A stretch of 64,000 nucleotides of DNA from Clostridiaceae bacterium (GCA_012840075.1 DUMC01000151.1:1449-65448); one strand, 5' to 3'; numbered from the stretch's first letter, positions 31,119 through 41,872 are shown. Notes: generated from the letters alone by a model not told the origin. Made by a program: numbers and translations.

Positions 31119-32864
31119 ATGAAAGTATCGCAAATGTTTATGCCAACTTTACGCGAAATACCTGCCGAAGCTGAGATAATCAGCCACCAGCTCATGTTGA
31201 GAGCAGGTTTGATAAGGAAAATTGCGTCCGGGATATATGCTTTTTTACCGTTAGGATATAGGGTTTTCAGAAAAATTGAAGGGATAATAAGAGAGGAAAT
31301 GGAAAAGTCCGGAGCGCAGGAATTAATGATGTCTTGCTTGCTGCCTGCTGAGTATTTTCAAGCTTCAGGCAGGTGGGAAGTCTTCGGACCGGAAATGTTC
31401 AGGTTAAAAGATAGGAATAATCGAGATTTTTGCCTTGGACCTACTCATGAAGAAATTTTTACACAGATAGTAAAAAATGAGATTAAATCATACAGAGACT
31501 TACCTTTAATTCTTTATCAGATTCAGACGAAATTCAGGGATGAGATCAGACCTAGATTTGGACTAATAAGAGGAAAAGAATTTGTAATGAAGGATGCTTA
31601 CAGCTTTGATAGAGATTATGAAGGTTTAGAAATTTCTTACAGGAAAATGCATGAAGCTTACTGCAGGATATTTGACCGTTGCGGTCTAGACTACATAGCA
31701 GTCGAAGCAGATTCAGGTGCAATGGGTGGTTCGGGTTCGGAAGAATTTATGGTGAAGTCTGAAGTAGGTGAAGAAATCATTGTATATTGTGATAAATGCA
31801 GCTATGCTGCAAATGAAGAAAAAGCGGAGTGTGTGCCCGAAGATTTAGGTGAAGATATTGCTGATTGCCGACAAGATGGCTATAACAGGTGCTGTGAAGA
31901 ATTGCCCGTTCAAAAGAAAGCTACTCCCGGTGTAAGAACAATCGAAGAGCTAGTTAAGTTTTTCGGCTGTTCACCAAAAGAGTTTGCAAAGACTTTGATT
32001 TATAAAGCAGATGATAGATATGTAGCTGCGATGGTGAGAGGTGACAGGGAACTGAATGAAACAAAACTTAAGAACTACCTAGGTTGTATTGCACTTGAAA
32101 TGGCTGATGCCGAAACCGTTAAGAAGATTACAAATGCTGACGTTGGTTTTGCAGGTCCTGTTGGATTGGATATAGATATAATCATTGATCTTGAAGTGGG
32201 AAATATGAAAAACTTCATAGTTGGAGCCAATGAAACAGGATATCACTTGATAAATGTTAATGTAATGAGAGATTTTAAACCTACTGCAATAACCGATATA
32301 AGAAATATTGCTCAGGGGGATAAATGCCCGAAGTGCGGTGAACCTGTAAACATATGCCATGGCATTGAAGTAGGACATATTTTCAAACTTGGTACAAAAT
32401 ACAGTGAAGTCTTAAACTGTGTATACTTGGACGAAAACGGAAAGGAACAGGCCATGGTTATGGGTAGTTATGGCATTGGATTGGGCAGAACGATGGCTGC
32501 TATTATTGAGCAAAATTATGATGAAAACGGAATCATATGGCCTATTTCAGTTGCTCCTTATCATGTAATCATCGTACCGGTAAACCAAACCGATGAAAAT
32601 CAGGTAACAACGGCCAATGCTTTATACAGTATATTATTGGATAATGGAATTGAAGTTTTGATGGATGACAGAGATGAAAGACCCGGTGTAAAATTCAAAG
32701 ATGCCGACCTGATCGGAATACCGATTAGAATAACCGTGGGGCGCAAGGCAAAAGACGGTGTGGTGGAATTTAAACTTAGAAAATCCGGGGAAATAAAGGA
32801 AATAAAAGTTGAAGATGTACTGAAAGAAGTTAGAAAAACTATTGAAGATCAATTAAATAAATAA
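31119..32864 (+). CDS. proS: Proline--tRNA ligase (bacterial type with editing domain)
   Basis: [55 protein letters not shown]. Confidence 0.97.
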   Translation: MKVSQMFMPTLREIPAEAEIISHQLMLRAGLIRKIASGIYAFLPLGYRVFRKIEGIIREEMEKSGAQELMMSCLLPAEYFQASGRWEVFGPEMFRLKDRNNRDFCLGPTHEEIFTQIVKNEIKSYRDLPLILYQIQTKFRDEIRPRFGLIRGKEFVMKDAYSFDRDYEGLEISYRKMHEAYCRIFDRCGLDYIAVEADSGAMGGSGSEEFMVKSEVGEEIIVYCDKCSYAANEEKAECVPEDLGEDIADCRQDGYNRCCEELPVQKKATPGVRTIEELVKFFGCSPKEFAKTLIYKADDRYVAAMVRGDRELNETKLKNYLGCIALEMADAETVKKITNADVGFAGPVGLDIDIIIDLEVGNMKNFIVGANETGYHLINVNVMRDFKPTAITDIRNIAQGDKCPKCGEPVNICHGIEVGHIFKLGTKYSEVLNCVYLDENGKEQAMVMGSYGIGLGRTMAAIIEQNYDENGIIWPISVAPYHVIIVPVNQTDENQVTTANALYSILLDNGIEVLMDDRDERPGVKFKDADLIGIPIRITVGRKAKDGVVEFKLRKSGEIKEIKVEDVLKEVRKTIEDQLNK

Positions 32865-32901
32865 GGCAAGGGAAAGTAATAGAGGTCAAGTTTGGGCAAG
32901 A

Positions 32902-32961
32902 TGGGGTCAGGTTTGAATAATTCACTTAAAAAATAAGTGTATTATTCAAGCCTGACCCCAT
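32902..32961. repeat. Family B REPIN-like palindrome (GGGGTCAGG..TGAATAAT ... ATTATTCAAGCCTGACCCC)
   Basis: Near-identical arms recur at 63594-63662. Confidence 0.75.
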
Positions 32962-33039
32962 TATAATTCGAAAAAAAATGTCAATAATATTATTATGATT
33001 TGAATATGCAATATTAAACAGTAATTTTGGAGGGATTAT

Positions 33040-33894
33040 ATGAAGAAAAGAATTGCACTGGTAGTTGTATTGGCTATAGCTGTTTCGATAGCTTTTAGTT
33101 TCGTTCCGGAAAGCACGACGACTGCAGAAGCTTCGCCTGAATATACAGTGTTAGGGTACCTGGATGCAAAAGTTACAGCTAACTACTTAAATGTCAGAAC
33201 TGGACCTTCAACAAATTACAGGATAATAACCGTTCTAAGGAAAGGTCAAAATGTAAAAGTTTTTGGCAAGTTGGGTGATTGGTATACTATATACGAACCT
33301 GCCACTGGCTGTGTAGGAGTTGTCAGCGTTAAGTATCTTGATGTCGCTTGGCCGCAACCACAACCTAAACCGGAACCCCAACCTGAACCTGAAAAGCCTG
33401 AACCTGAAAAGCAACCTGAGCAGCAACCGCAACCTAAGCCGGAACCTGAACCGCAACCGGAACCTGAACCACAGCCTGAACCCGTTCCTGAAGAACCTGA
33501 AGAAGTCACTATAAGCCCTGAAGTTCAAACACTTCTTGACCTAGTAAACAAAGCAAGAGCAGATGCCGGAGCAGGACCGCTTAAGATTGATCCTGAACTA
33601 CAAAAAATAGCGGTATTAAAAGCAAAGGATTTAGTTGAGAACAACTACTTCTCACATGAGTCACCCACATATGGTTCACCTTTCGATATGATGAGGCAAT
33701 TCGATATAAACTTTAGAACAGCAGGGGAAAACATAGCAGGAAATAGAACTGTGGAAGGTGCATTTAAAGCTTGGATGAATTCAGAAGGACATAGAAAGAA
33801 TATATTAAATCCAGGATTTAATTATACAGGTATCGGTATAGTTGACAGTCCTAAGTACGGTAAGATATTAGTGCAAATGTTTATAGGACGATAA
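33040..33894 (+). CDS. Secreted SH3b + Pro/Glu/Gln-rich linker + CAP (SCP, YkwD-like) domain protein
   Basis: Signal peptide, LNVRTGPST, (PE/PQ)n linker, YFSHESPTYGSPFDMM, WMNSEGHRKNIL. Confidence 0.9.
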   Translation: MKKRIALVVVLAIAVSIAFSFVPESTTTAEASPEYTVLGYLDAKVTANYLNVRTGPSTNYRIITVLRKGQNVKVFGKLGDWYTIYEPATGCVGVVSVKYLDVAWPQPQPKPEPQPEPEKPEPEKQPEQQPQPKPEPEPQPEPEPQPEPVPEEPEEVTISPEVQTLLDLVNKARADAGAGPLKIDPELQKIAVLKAKDLVENNYFSHESPTYGSPFDMMRQFDINFRTAGENIAGNRTVEGAFKAWMNSEGHRKNILNPGFNYTGIGIVDSPKYGKILVQMFIGR

Positions 33895-33918
33895 GAGGCG
33901 AAGAGAATTAAGTATGAA

Positions 33919-33952
33919 GGAGGCAGTCCCTGATAAAACGGGGACTGCCTTC
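33919..33952. terminator. Hairpin between convergent genes
   Basis: GGAGGCAGTCCC...GGGACTGCCTTC. Confidence 0.6.
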
Positions 33953-34010
33953 AAAAACTAAAAAGCATGCAATAAAATATCAAAGGCTGAAAAAGCTAAT
34001 AAATGAGCAT

Positions 34011-35069
34011 TTACCATGGAGGATCCACCACAAATATTTTTCCTTTCAAATAATTAAGCATATTTTCTTCTCTAAAATCAAAAATAATCTTGTAAGCCCA
34101 CAATGCTTGTTTTTTGACACCTAATTTTCTATTTAAAGAATTGATTCCATACTTGCCGTCACCAACAATAGGATGACCGATAAATGCAAGATGCGCCCTT
34201 ATTTGGTGAGTTCGTCCCGTAACAAGTTCTACCTCCAGTTTGCTAATATCATTTTCATAAGACAATACCTTATATTTTGTAATTATTTCAACAGTACCCG
34301 GTTTTTTGACATTATGTATGTAAACCCTACCCTGCTTGCTGTCCTTTTCCAAAAAAGCTCTTAGAACACCGGAGGATTTCTCCGGTTTGCCAACAACCAA
34401 GCATTGGTAAAACTTTCTGATTTTCCTGTGTTTTATATTATCTAAAATAATTTCATGACTCTTCCGATTCTTTGCGATTATCACAAGGCCTCCTGTATTC
34501 CTGTCAAGCCTGTGGCAGAGAGAAGGCGAGAAAGATGAGATGTTTGACGAATCATACTCGCCTTTGCTTTCTAGATAATTTTTTACAAGATCGATTAAAG
34601 TAGGCTCATTTAAATCTTGACTTTCTGCTTTTTCCGTGTCAGGATGAACTGCTATACCCTGTTGCTTGTTTACAATTAAAATGTTTTTGTCTTCGTATAC
34701 TATCGAAAAGCCTAAAGTTTTACTTGCAACAGAGTCTATATAACCAACCGCATTACTGCCGGTTCCAATTGCATTATTATCCGTTTCATAATCCATACTG
34801 GTGTTTCCGGTTTTTTTAATGTCATTACCGGTGTTGATATTTGCCGGATTTAAAGGTATTCCGTATAAAATGTTATCGGAAATATAAACATCTATAACAT
34901 CACCGGGTGATACGATGTAATCTTTCGGAACCCTTTTTCCGTTAACTTTAATATCTTTTTTTCTAAAAGCCTTGTGCAGCGCACTTTCAGGCATATTCCT
35001 AAAATGCTCTCTCAGGAAATACCATATTTTTTTATTCTTACTTTCTGCATCAACAATTATGGTTCTCAT
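34011..35069 (-). CDS. RluA-family (RluC/D-like) pseudouridine synthase with S4 domain
   Basis: VNKQQGIAVH, HRLDRNTGGL, TGRTHQIRAH, PIVGDGKYG. Confidence 0.93.
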   Translation of the reverse strand: MRTIIVDAESKNKKIWYFLREHFRNMPESALHKAFRKKDIKVNGKRVPKDYIVSPGDVIDVYISDNILYGIPLNPANINTGNDIKKTGNTSMDYETDNNAIGTGSNAVGYIDSVASKTLGFSIVYEDKNILIVNKQQGIAVHPDTEKAESQDLNEPTLIDLVKNYLESKGEYDSSNISSFSPSLCHRLDRNTGGLVIIAKNRKSHEIILDNIKHRKIRKFYQCLVVGKPEKSSGVLRAFLEKDSKQGRVYIHNVKKPGTVEIITKYKVLSYENDISKLEVELVTGRTHQIRAHLAFIGHPIVGDGKYGINSLNRKLGVKKQALWAYKIIFDFREENMLNYLKGKIFVVDPPW

Positions 35070-35362
35070 ACTCAAGCTCCAATCTTAATCTTTGAACTTC
35101 AATATTAAATTTCAATATTAAATTCAAATATTAAATTCAAATAAACTCTGACTTTTAGGACTCAATATTAAGCATTAATATTATGGACTGCATAATCTAA
35201 TTGCATAACCTAATATTCATAAATCATTATATCCTGTATAAACCGGAATTCAAGGTGAAAATTTTTATGATGCCGTTATATAAAAACAATGAATAGTTAT
35301 TTTCTTTTTGGATATGATATTAATACCATTAACACTAAAATTGAAAGAAGGTGTATTAATCA

Positions 35363-35479
35363 ATGGGTGATAAGAAAAAGAAAAAAAACAAAATGAAAAT
35401 CAAGCCGAAAACAAATGATGATCAATTAGGTGAAAATGCTAACGAAAATTTTGAAGATGAGTATGACAACAAATATTGA
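35363..35479 (+). CDS. Small 38-aa charged protein (MGDKKKKKNKMKIKPKTNDDQLGENANENFEDEYDNKY)
   Basis: AAGAAGGTG RBS, clean ORF, downstream hairpin at about 35668-35730. Below the ORF-track length cutoff. Confidence 0.6.
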   Translation: MGDKKKKKNKMKIKPKTNDDQLGENANENFEDEYDNKY

Positions 35480-35975
35480 CGGAAAGCTCGGCAATAGGTA
35501 AATAACTTCGAAATATATAAGCAAAGAATTTAGTAATAAGTAAATAATTTGACAATAGCTAAACACAAAATAATCGTTAATAAAGTAAACCAAAAAACAG
35601 TAGTAATTAATAAATCAATAAATCGGTCATAAATAAAGCAAAAATAAAAAGAATATCATCACTACTGGAAAAATAACCGCATTGAAATCAACATTAAAGT
35701 TATATGTTGATGAAATGTGGTTATTTTTTCTTATAATCGAATAATTGAAATGCATACACTGTAAAATAATTGCACTTTCTTAAAAATTTAAGCTTTTATC
35801 TTAGCCACAAAAAATGTATAATAATTGTAAAATAATTGTTTTTTAATTAAAATAGCTGTTTTTTAATGTTATAATGTTATAATGTATAGTATGTAAACTC
35901 ACAGCATACATAGGATGCAGGAATTATACGGATGCCGAAGTTATACGCTACAAAAAGGAGTGAAATTGGATTAAA

Positions 35976-37208
35976 ATGAAAAAAGCAGTAATGTATGGAG
36001 CGGGGAATATTGGCAGAGGTTTTATAGGCCAGCTTTTCAGCCAGTCAGGCTATGAAGTGGCTTTTATAGATATTAATCCTGTTATTATTGAGAGATTAAA
36101 TGAGGATAAAGCTTATCCCATCCGAATTGCTGCCAGGGACAGATACGAAGAAATAACGGTGAGTAACGTCAGGGGAGTGAACGGATTCAACATACAGGAC
36201 GTAGCTGAAGAGATAGCAACGGCAGATATTATGGCTACGGCAATAGGAGTAAATGCACTACCCAAGATTTCAAAGCCTATAGCTTTAGGTCTTAAAAAAA
36301 GATGGGAAAAGAAAAATTTTAATCCATTAAATATTATAATTTGCGAAAATTTGATTGATGCCAATAAATACATGGAGAAATTGATAAAGGCAGAATTGAA
36401 TGAAGAAGAGATTAAACTGTTTGATGAATATGTTGGTCTTGTCGAAGCTTCCATAGGTAGAATGGTCCCGATAATGACCGAAGAAATGCAGGAGGGAAAC
36501 CCGCTAAGAGTATATGTTGAAGAGTACTGTGAATTACCTGTTGACAAGGATGGATTTAAAGGCGAAATTCCTGCCATAAAAAATATGATACCATATTCAC
36601 CCTTTGATTTATATATTCAAAGGAAGCTTTTTATGCATAACATGGGTCATGCAACTTGTGCATACCTAGGATTTCTTAAAAACCATACTTACATATGGGA
36701 AACTATGGAAAACGTGGCCATTAAATTGATAACTTTAAGAGCTCTGCTTGAATCCGCAATCGCTCTTTCAGTTGAACATAATTATCCCCTCCATAAACTT
36801 ATTGAACATGCAGATGATTTAATTTACAGATTTAGCAATAAATTGTTAGGAGATACGGTAGCCAGAGTAGGCAAGGATCCTGTCAGAAAACTTGCTGCAA
36901 ATGACAGATTAGTAGGGGCTACCAGATTATGTCTCAAACATGGAATCAGCCCTTCATATATATGCTTGGGAATAGCAGCAGGCTATGCTTTTTCACCTGA
37001 GGGGGATGAATCTGCGGCTAAAGTGGTAGAAACAGTGCAAAATGAAGGTATAGAATCAGCTCTTTCTAAATTTAGCGGAATCAACAAAGAAAAAGATGAA
37101 GTGATTTTTAATATGATAGTTGATTTCTACGATATGATTAGACGCGGGAAATCCCCGGAAGAACTGGAGCAAGCAGCTGAGATCAAATCAAAGATAATCA
37201 CGGAGTAG
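35976..37208 (+). CDS. mtlD: Mannitol-1-phosphate 5-dehydrogenase family protein
   Basis: YGAGNIGRGFIG, IICEN, IGRMVP, RKLFMHNMGHA, RVGKDPVRKL..NDRL. Confidence 0.82.
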   Translation: MKKAVMYGAGNIGRGFIGQLFSQSGYEVAFIDINPVIIERLNEDKAYPIRIAARDRYEEITVSNVRGVNGFNIQDVAEEIATADIMATAIGVNALPKISKPIALGLKKRWEKKNFNPLNIIICENLIDANKYMEKLIKAELNEEEIKLFDEYVGLVEASIGRMVPIMTEEMQEGNPLRVYVEEYCELPVDKDGFKGEIPAIKNMIPYSPFDLYIQRKLFMHNMGHATCAYLGFLKNHTYIWETMENVAIKLITLRALLESAIALSVEHNYPLHKLIEHADDLIYRFSNKLLGDTVARVGKDPVRKLAANDRLVGATRLCLKHGISPSYICLGIAAGYAFSPEGDESAAKVVETVQNEGIESALSKFSGINKEKDEVIFNMIVDFYDMIRRGKSPEELEQAAEIKSKIITE

Positions 37209-37211
37209 AGG

Positions 37212-38066
37212 ATGGGTAGAATGACAAATACGGGAAATATTATTGGTAATACTATTGGAGTTATATTAAAGCGACCTTTTATAATAATATTTTGGGGAGT
37301 AGTTACTCTGGTCACTACTGTTATTGGATACTTACTTCCAATATTCAGGATATTCTTTGAACTAATGACTATAAGCGGAAGTAATATATTTGAGTCTGTA
37401 ATGTCATTTATTCAATTAGTCTATGGATATTTAACAAATGTAAGGATTGTTTTTATAATTGCCGTCGCTTTATTGTTGATACTTTTTTCGATAGCAGTGA
37501 TATCTGCTATTTTATTGTCAGGTTATTTATTTAAACTAAATAATGCAGTTAATAAAAAAGAAAGCCAAAAAGGGGAATTTGCATTAGGAGTAAGACAATA
37601 TTTTAATAAAATATGCTTTATGAATTTCAGCCTGCTTTCATTAGGGGTAATTGTACTAATTGTTATGGCCATAGCATCGGTACCGGCCCTAATTATTACC
37701 AGTGCACTTGTAGGAAAGGGCCAGGACATGCTTCCTCAAGTATTGTTTGTTGATGTTCTTACGGTATTTGTATTATTTTTTGGATTGATGTTTTTCAGGA
37801 TATATTCCTTATTCTGGTATCCTGCAGTAATAAACAACAAGGAAAAACCATTCAAAGAGGCCAGAAGTATAACAAATAGGTACTTTTGGAGAATTGTGCT
37901 GGTGTTTACAATTTTTGATATTGCTTACATAGGTTTCAGGATGCTATTTGTTAATCTTGATAATAATTTGCTTTTTCTCTTTCTAAGGTGGATTTTTTCA
38001 ACAATATTTTATGCTATGTTCACAACATATATATTTGCTGCTTTTAGAAAGTATTCAAAGAAGTAA
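37212..38066 (+). CDS. Uncharacterised multi-pass membrane protein
   Basis: About six hydrophobic segments. Starts 3 nt after the mtlD-like gene. Confidence 0.75.
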   Translation: MGRMTNTGNIIGNTIGVILKRPFIIIFWGVVTLVTTVIGYLLPIFRIFFELMTISGSNIFESVMSFIQLVYGYLTNVRIVFIIAVALLLILFSIAVISAILLSGYLFKLNNAVNKKESQKGEFALGVRQYFNKICFMNFSLLSLGVIVLIVMAIASVPALIITSALVGKGQDMLPQVLFVDVLTVFVLFFGLMFFRIYSLFWYPAVINNKEKPFKEARSITNRYFWRIVLVFTIFDIAYIGFRMLFVNLDNNLLFLFLRWIFSTIFYAMFTTYIFAAFRKYSKK

Positions 38067-38534
38067 ATAAGCCAATGCGATTAATAGCATGTCGTCTCTT
38101 TTTTCTTCATGCAAAAGGATGAGAATTATTGCAATAATTAATAAGTCTTCAAAGTTAATCCTGTTTAGAATATACTTAACCAAAGGGAAACTTGAGGATT
38201 TGCGCCTTAATGATGAGGTTCGAACCCCGGTAACAGGAAAGGTTTCCGGGGTTTTTCCATCTTCTTTTTCATTTGGCATGGGTATTTCTTCCGCTATTGA
38301 TTTAATATTCCCTGCTAATTTCATATTTTCAGTTGATTTAGTATTTTCAGCCGATTTCATATTATGAGGTTGCTTTTCTCCAAGAAGGTTTTTTGCCCCA
38401 GTGACATCTTCAAGTGTTTCAGGAATATCTTTAGGTAATTTATTTTCCTGGTTTGTGCTTTTCTCCTGGGGGGGCTTTGCAGCAGGGTAATAATAATATC
38501 TATGTATATAAGGGTATCTTTTATATACCATCAT
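38055..38534 (-). CDS. Hypothetical protein with a hydrophobic C-terminal hairpin (probably sporulation-related)
   Basis: Tyr/Pro-rich start, internal hexapeptide repeats, EDLLIIAIILILL..DDMLLIALAYLLL. Overlaps the upstream gene. Confidence 0.65.
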   Translation of the reverse strand: MMVYKRYPYIHRYYYYPAAKPPQEKSTNQENKLPKDIPETLEDVTGAKNLLGEKQPHNMKSAENTKSTENMKLAGNIKSIAEEIPMPNEKEDGKTPETFPVTGVRTSSLRRKSSSFPLVKYILNRINFEDLLIIAIILILLHEEKRDDMLLIALAYLLL

Positions 38535-38946
38535 GGTCACTCTCCCTGAATAAATCCATTGATCTGACTATACTGGTCAACTGGAGCAGCATAATGCAAT
38601 TATTTAGCTTTTTTTGCCTGCTGGGGCTTAAAAACGGCTTTAGCGATGTTAGAAGACGTACCCGCGGGTCATGTCTTGTATTTAATTTATCCATGATGCT
38701 TGCCAATTGCCTCATCATTTCAGTGCTTTCATGTGGGCTGTCTTTTCCGCGAAAACTTTCTGCCTTTTCTTCCTCTTCTTTCTGTTCATCTATTTTATTT
38801 TCCTTAATTTCGCTCTCCTTATTTGAACTTTCCTTGCTTCCGGAAGAACTTAAAAGTGAAAGAAGAGCCATTAGACTGTCTTTACCTTTATCCTGGCTTA
38901 GCATTTCTCCTATTTGTTTTAGTGCTTTGCTGAGGTCATCGCTCAC
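38521..38946 (-). CDS. Hypothetical protein (DPRxxLLxSLKPFLSxxRQ type, probably sporulation-related)
   Basis: GGGGAGG RBS with GTG start. The C-terminal motif is familiar from clostridial hypothetical proteins. Confidence 0.72.
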   Translation of the reverse strand: MSDDLSKALKQIGEMLSQDKGKDSLMALLSLLSSSGSKESSNKESEIKENKIDEQKEEEEKAESFRGKDSPHESTEMMRQLASIMDKLNTRHDPRVRLLTSLKPFLSPSRQKKLNNCIMLLQLTSIVRSMDLFRESDHDGI

Positions 38947-39202
38947 ATTTCTTTCCTCCCCACGGTAATACAGGATTTTCCGATTCTTAAAACCTGGTTT
39001 TCAAGCTTCTAATAAAAACTTTTTAATAGCTATAATACGAAACATGTTAATCCGGATATTGTAGATATATTCTCCGTATATTATAGATATATTCATAGGT
39101 GTATTCAGAAATGATATAATAATATGTTTAATCCCTAATATTTTCTAATAATTCAATATTTATTTGTTATTTAACAAACATTATCATCTGGTTCAGAAAT
39201 TC

Positions 39203-39517
39203 TTACTTGATAACTTCTTTTATTTTTGCTATTATTTCATCCCCGTGTTCGCCGATCAAGTTTTTCAAATTCTGCAAATCTTTTTCAGTTATTTTGCTTT
39301 TAATTTCATCAAGGTTTATGTTCAAATCTTTTATTTTTGATTTGTCAAATTCCCTTATTTTTTCCATTAGTTCATCTTTATCAATTTTATTTATCTTCTT
39401 TGCCAGCTCCTCTGTTTTTCCTTTCTTTAACATATCTAAAGCAGCGTTCAATTTTGCCTGTAATACTTTTTCATCCATTTTGCCGAGTATTTCAGCCAGT
39501 TTTTTATTAAGATCCAT
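39203..39517 (-). CDS. Hypothetical helical Lys-rich protein
   Basis: AAGGAG RBS. An upstream CATATTAT -10 resembles mother-cell sigma promoters. Confidence 0.72.
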   Translation of the reverse strand: MDLNKKLAEILGKMDEKVLQAKLNAALDMLKKGKTEELAKKINKIDKDELMEKIREFDKSKIKDLNINLDEIKSKITEKDLQNLKNLIGEHGDEIIAKIKEVIK

Positions 39518-39703
39518 AAATCAATCTCCTTTCCCATTCATTTTTTTAATTATTTTTAATGGTTCATATACCTTTACTATAATATGAAACCGAAACAAAA
39601 ATTGTTACTGCTAAAATAAATACTGCACAATACTTTGTTTCAATGAATATTATTTATATATGAATAATTTTTGTTAAGCATGTTTTACGGTGAGGGATGC
39701 GTG

Positions 39704-39916
39704 ATGCTGCCATTGGAATGTAAAAATATAACAAGGTATGGGCAAAAAGATTCCAAGTTATTGTATTTCATAATTGTATATCTTTTATTATTTTATGACC
39801 TGCGCCCATTGTTGCTTCTTACAGGAAAATGTGATGAAATTTATTTTATTAATGATATAAAACCTAATTCCATATCTTTGTACTTTATTTTGATATTCTT
39901 GATATTATTCTATTAA
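39704..39916 (+). CDS. Small hydrophobic protein with two LYFI(I/L)xxLxLFY repeats
   Basis: GAGGG RBS; internal duplication visible in the translation. Confidence 0.5.
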   Translation: MLPLECKNITRYGQKDSKLLYFIIVYLLLFYDLRPLLLLTGKCDEIYFINDIKPNSISLYFILIFLILFY

Positions 39917-39984
39917 TTATGTAGTATAAATAATATAATAAGCAATATAGAACAACAAAAGAAAAACGTTTTTGAGGTGTTTTT

Positions 39985-40893
39985 ATGTTAAAATACGATG
40001 TTGTTATAATCGGCAAGGGACCGGCAGGACTATCGGCAGCACTCTACACAACGAGGGCTAATCTTAAAACACTTATTATTGGGAAAAATGATAGCTCACT
40101 CAGAAAAGCAGCTAAAATAGAAAACTATTTTGGTTTTTCGAGTGCAGTGAGCGGAGATTATCTATTAAATGAAACAGAGAAACTGGTTCTTAGTTTTGGT
40201 GCGGAGATAGTTGATGATGAGGTTGTATCTATTGAAAAAACAGGTACCTTTAAAGTTATTACACCTAATAATGAATACGAAGGAACTGCTGTACTTATAG
40301 CAACAGGACAACCCAGAAAGAAATTAAAAATTAAAAACCTGGAAAAATTTGAAGGAAACGGAGTAAGTTATTGCACAACTTGTGACGGTTATTTCTATAA
40401 AAACCTTAAGGTAGGAGTGCTGGGAAATAAAGATTATGCTGTTCATGAAGCAATGGAACTGGAAGCATACACCGGCAACATAACTATATTTACAAATGGA
40501 AAAGAGCTTGAAGTGAGTCAGAAATATCAAAATGAATTATCAAGATTCAGAATTAACAGGAAAATAATAACGGAATTAAACGGGGCTGATTTTCTTGAGA
40601 GGATCGCTTTTGATGACGGCACTTCCGAGGAAATTGACGGTATATTTATTGCCGATGAAAGTGCGTCCAGTGTAGATTTTGCCAGAAAATTAGGTGTAAT
40701 GACGCAAGGAAATTCAATAATTACGGATAAAGATCAGCAAACAAATCTGAAAGGTCTGTTTGCTGCAGGTGACTGTACGGTAGAATTTAAACAACTGGCT
40801 ACAGCTGTAGGAAGCGGAGCACTGGCAGGAAGAAAGATGATAGAATATGTAAGGGAATTAAACAAGGAAAGGCAAACTAATGTGATTAAATGA
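39985..40893 (+). CDS. Thioredoxin reductase-like FAD/NAD(P)H oxidoreductase
   Basis: IIGKGPAG, IATG, GVSYCTTCDG, FAAGD. Confidence 0.88.
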   Translation: MLKYDVVIIGKGPAGLSAALYTTRANLKTLIIGKNDSSLRKAAKIENYFGFSSAVSGDYLLNETEKLVLSFGAEIVDDEVVSIEKTGTFKVITPNNEYEGTAVLIATGQPRKKLKIKNLEKFEGNGVSYCTTCDGYFYKNLKVGVLGNKDYAVHEAMELEAYTGNITIFTNGKELEVSQKYQNELSRFRINRKIITELNGADFLERIAFDDGTSEEIDGIFIADESASSVDFARKLGVMTQGNSIITDKDQQTNLKGLFAAGDCTVEFKQLATAVGSGALAGRKMIEYVRELNKERQTNVIK

Positions 40894-40939
40894 ACAAAAG
40901 AAAAAGCGATAAAAACAATAGAAGCTGCAAAATATAAGA

Positions 40940-40983
40940 GGGTGCATTTAACAAATTTTTCTTCACATAAATTAAATGCACCC
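40940..40983. repeat. Family C palindrome / terminator
   Basis: GGGTGCATTTAA...TTAAATGCACCC (12-bp perfect arms). Confidence 0.65.
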
Positions 40984-41238
40984 AATATAAGTTTTTATGG
41001 GACATGCATTCATTTATATACATCTTTCTCTGCAGCATTTTTTCAATAGCTATTAGTTTTATTTTTCTTAAATAACTCCTTCCTAAAAATGGATTATTGA
41101 TTTTTTCAATTTCATATGCTAAAATTCATAGTATTAAGTTTATAAAACAACTGTTTACTGTAATCGATATAGGGGTTGATGCAGTAAGTTAATATGATCA
41201 AATTTTGCTGTTAAGTAGCAGCGGAATGGTGGACCGGT

Positions 41239-41784
41239 ATGAAAATGTTAGGCGATGTATTTAATTTTGATGAAAACACGATCTTCCGAAGTATCAATAA
41301 AGGTGAAATGACTTTTAAGGAAGTATACGAAGAAATCCTGAATTTTATAAGCCTTGATACCAATTGTTCCTATAGGATATCTATAGGAACGGATTCCCAG
41401 TCTGCTTCAAATACCATTTTAGTTTCATGCATAATTGTACACAGAATCGGCAGGGGTGCTATAGGTTTCCTTCATAAGTCCCAGATACCAAGACCGGTTA
41501 AAAGCCTAAGAGAAAAGATATATCTTGAAACATGCGCAAGTCTTCAAATAGCTTATTTATTCGATGATGAAAAAATAAAAAGAATAATAAATGCTGTTAA
41601 TTCCGGTGGGAAATCAAAACATGTATACTTTGAGTTCCATATAGATATTGGGACTAACGGTCCGACAAAAGCTCTTATAAGCGAAATGACAGGGATGGTA
41701 AAAGGACTTAATTTTGTACCTAAGATCAAGCCTGATAGTTACTGTGCAAGCAATTTTGCCGATAGATATACAAAAGCGAACTGA
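41239..41784 (+). CDS. Ribonuclease H-like YkuK/DUF458 family protein
   Basis: IGTDSQ, VHRIGRG, LREKIYLET, FHIDIG, IKPDSYCAS..ADRYTK. Confidence 0.87.
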   Translation: MKMLGDVFNFDENTIFRSINKGEMTFKEVYEEILNFISLDTNCSYRISIGTDSQSASNTILVSCIIVHRIGRGAIGFLHKSQIPRPVKSLREKIYLETCASLQIAYLFDDEKIKRIINAVNSGGKSKHVYFEFHIDIGTNGPTKALISEMTGMVKGLNFVPKIKPDSYCASNFADRYTKAN

Positions 41785-41842
41785 TAGCAAATTGATAAAG
41801 CGAATAAATGCAATAAAATTAATCTAAAATTCCAAATTTTTA

Positions 41843-41872
41843 GAATACTGAAAACAAACCCGGCATAAAGAT
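41843..41872 (+). promoter_or_regulatory. Putative SigE promoter of gerM
   Basis: ATA-N16-CATAAAGAT. gerM is SigE-controlled in Bacillus. Confidence 0.45.

Noticed and set aside
33235-33528. Arg-Phe and Gly-Ser-Cys repeat ORFs on the minus strand, and an Asn-Leu repeat ORF in another plus frame
   Set aside because: Shadow frames of the Pro/Glu linker in the SH3b-CAP gene.
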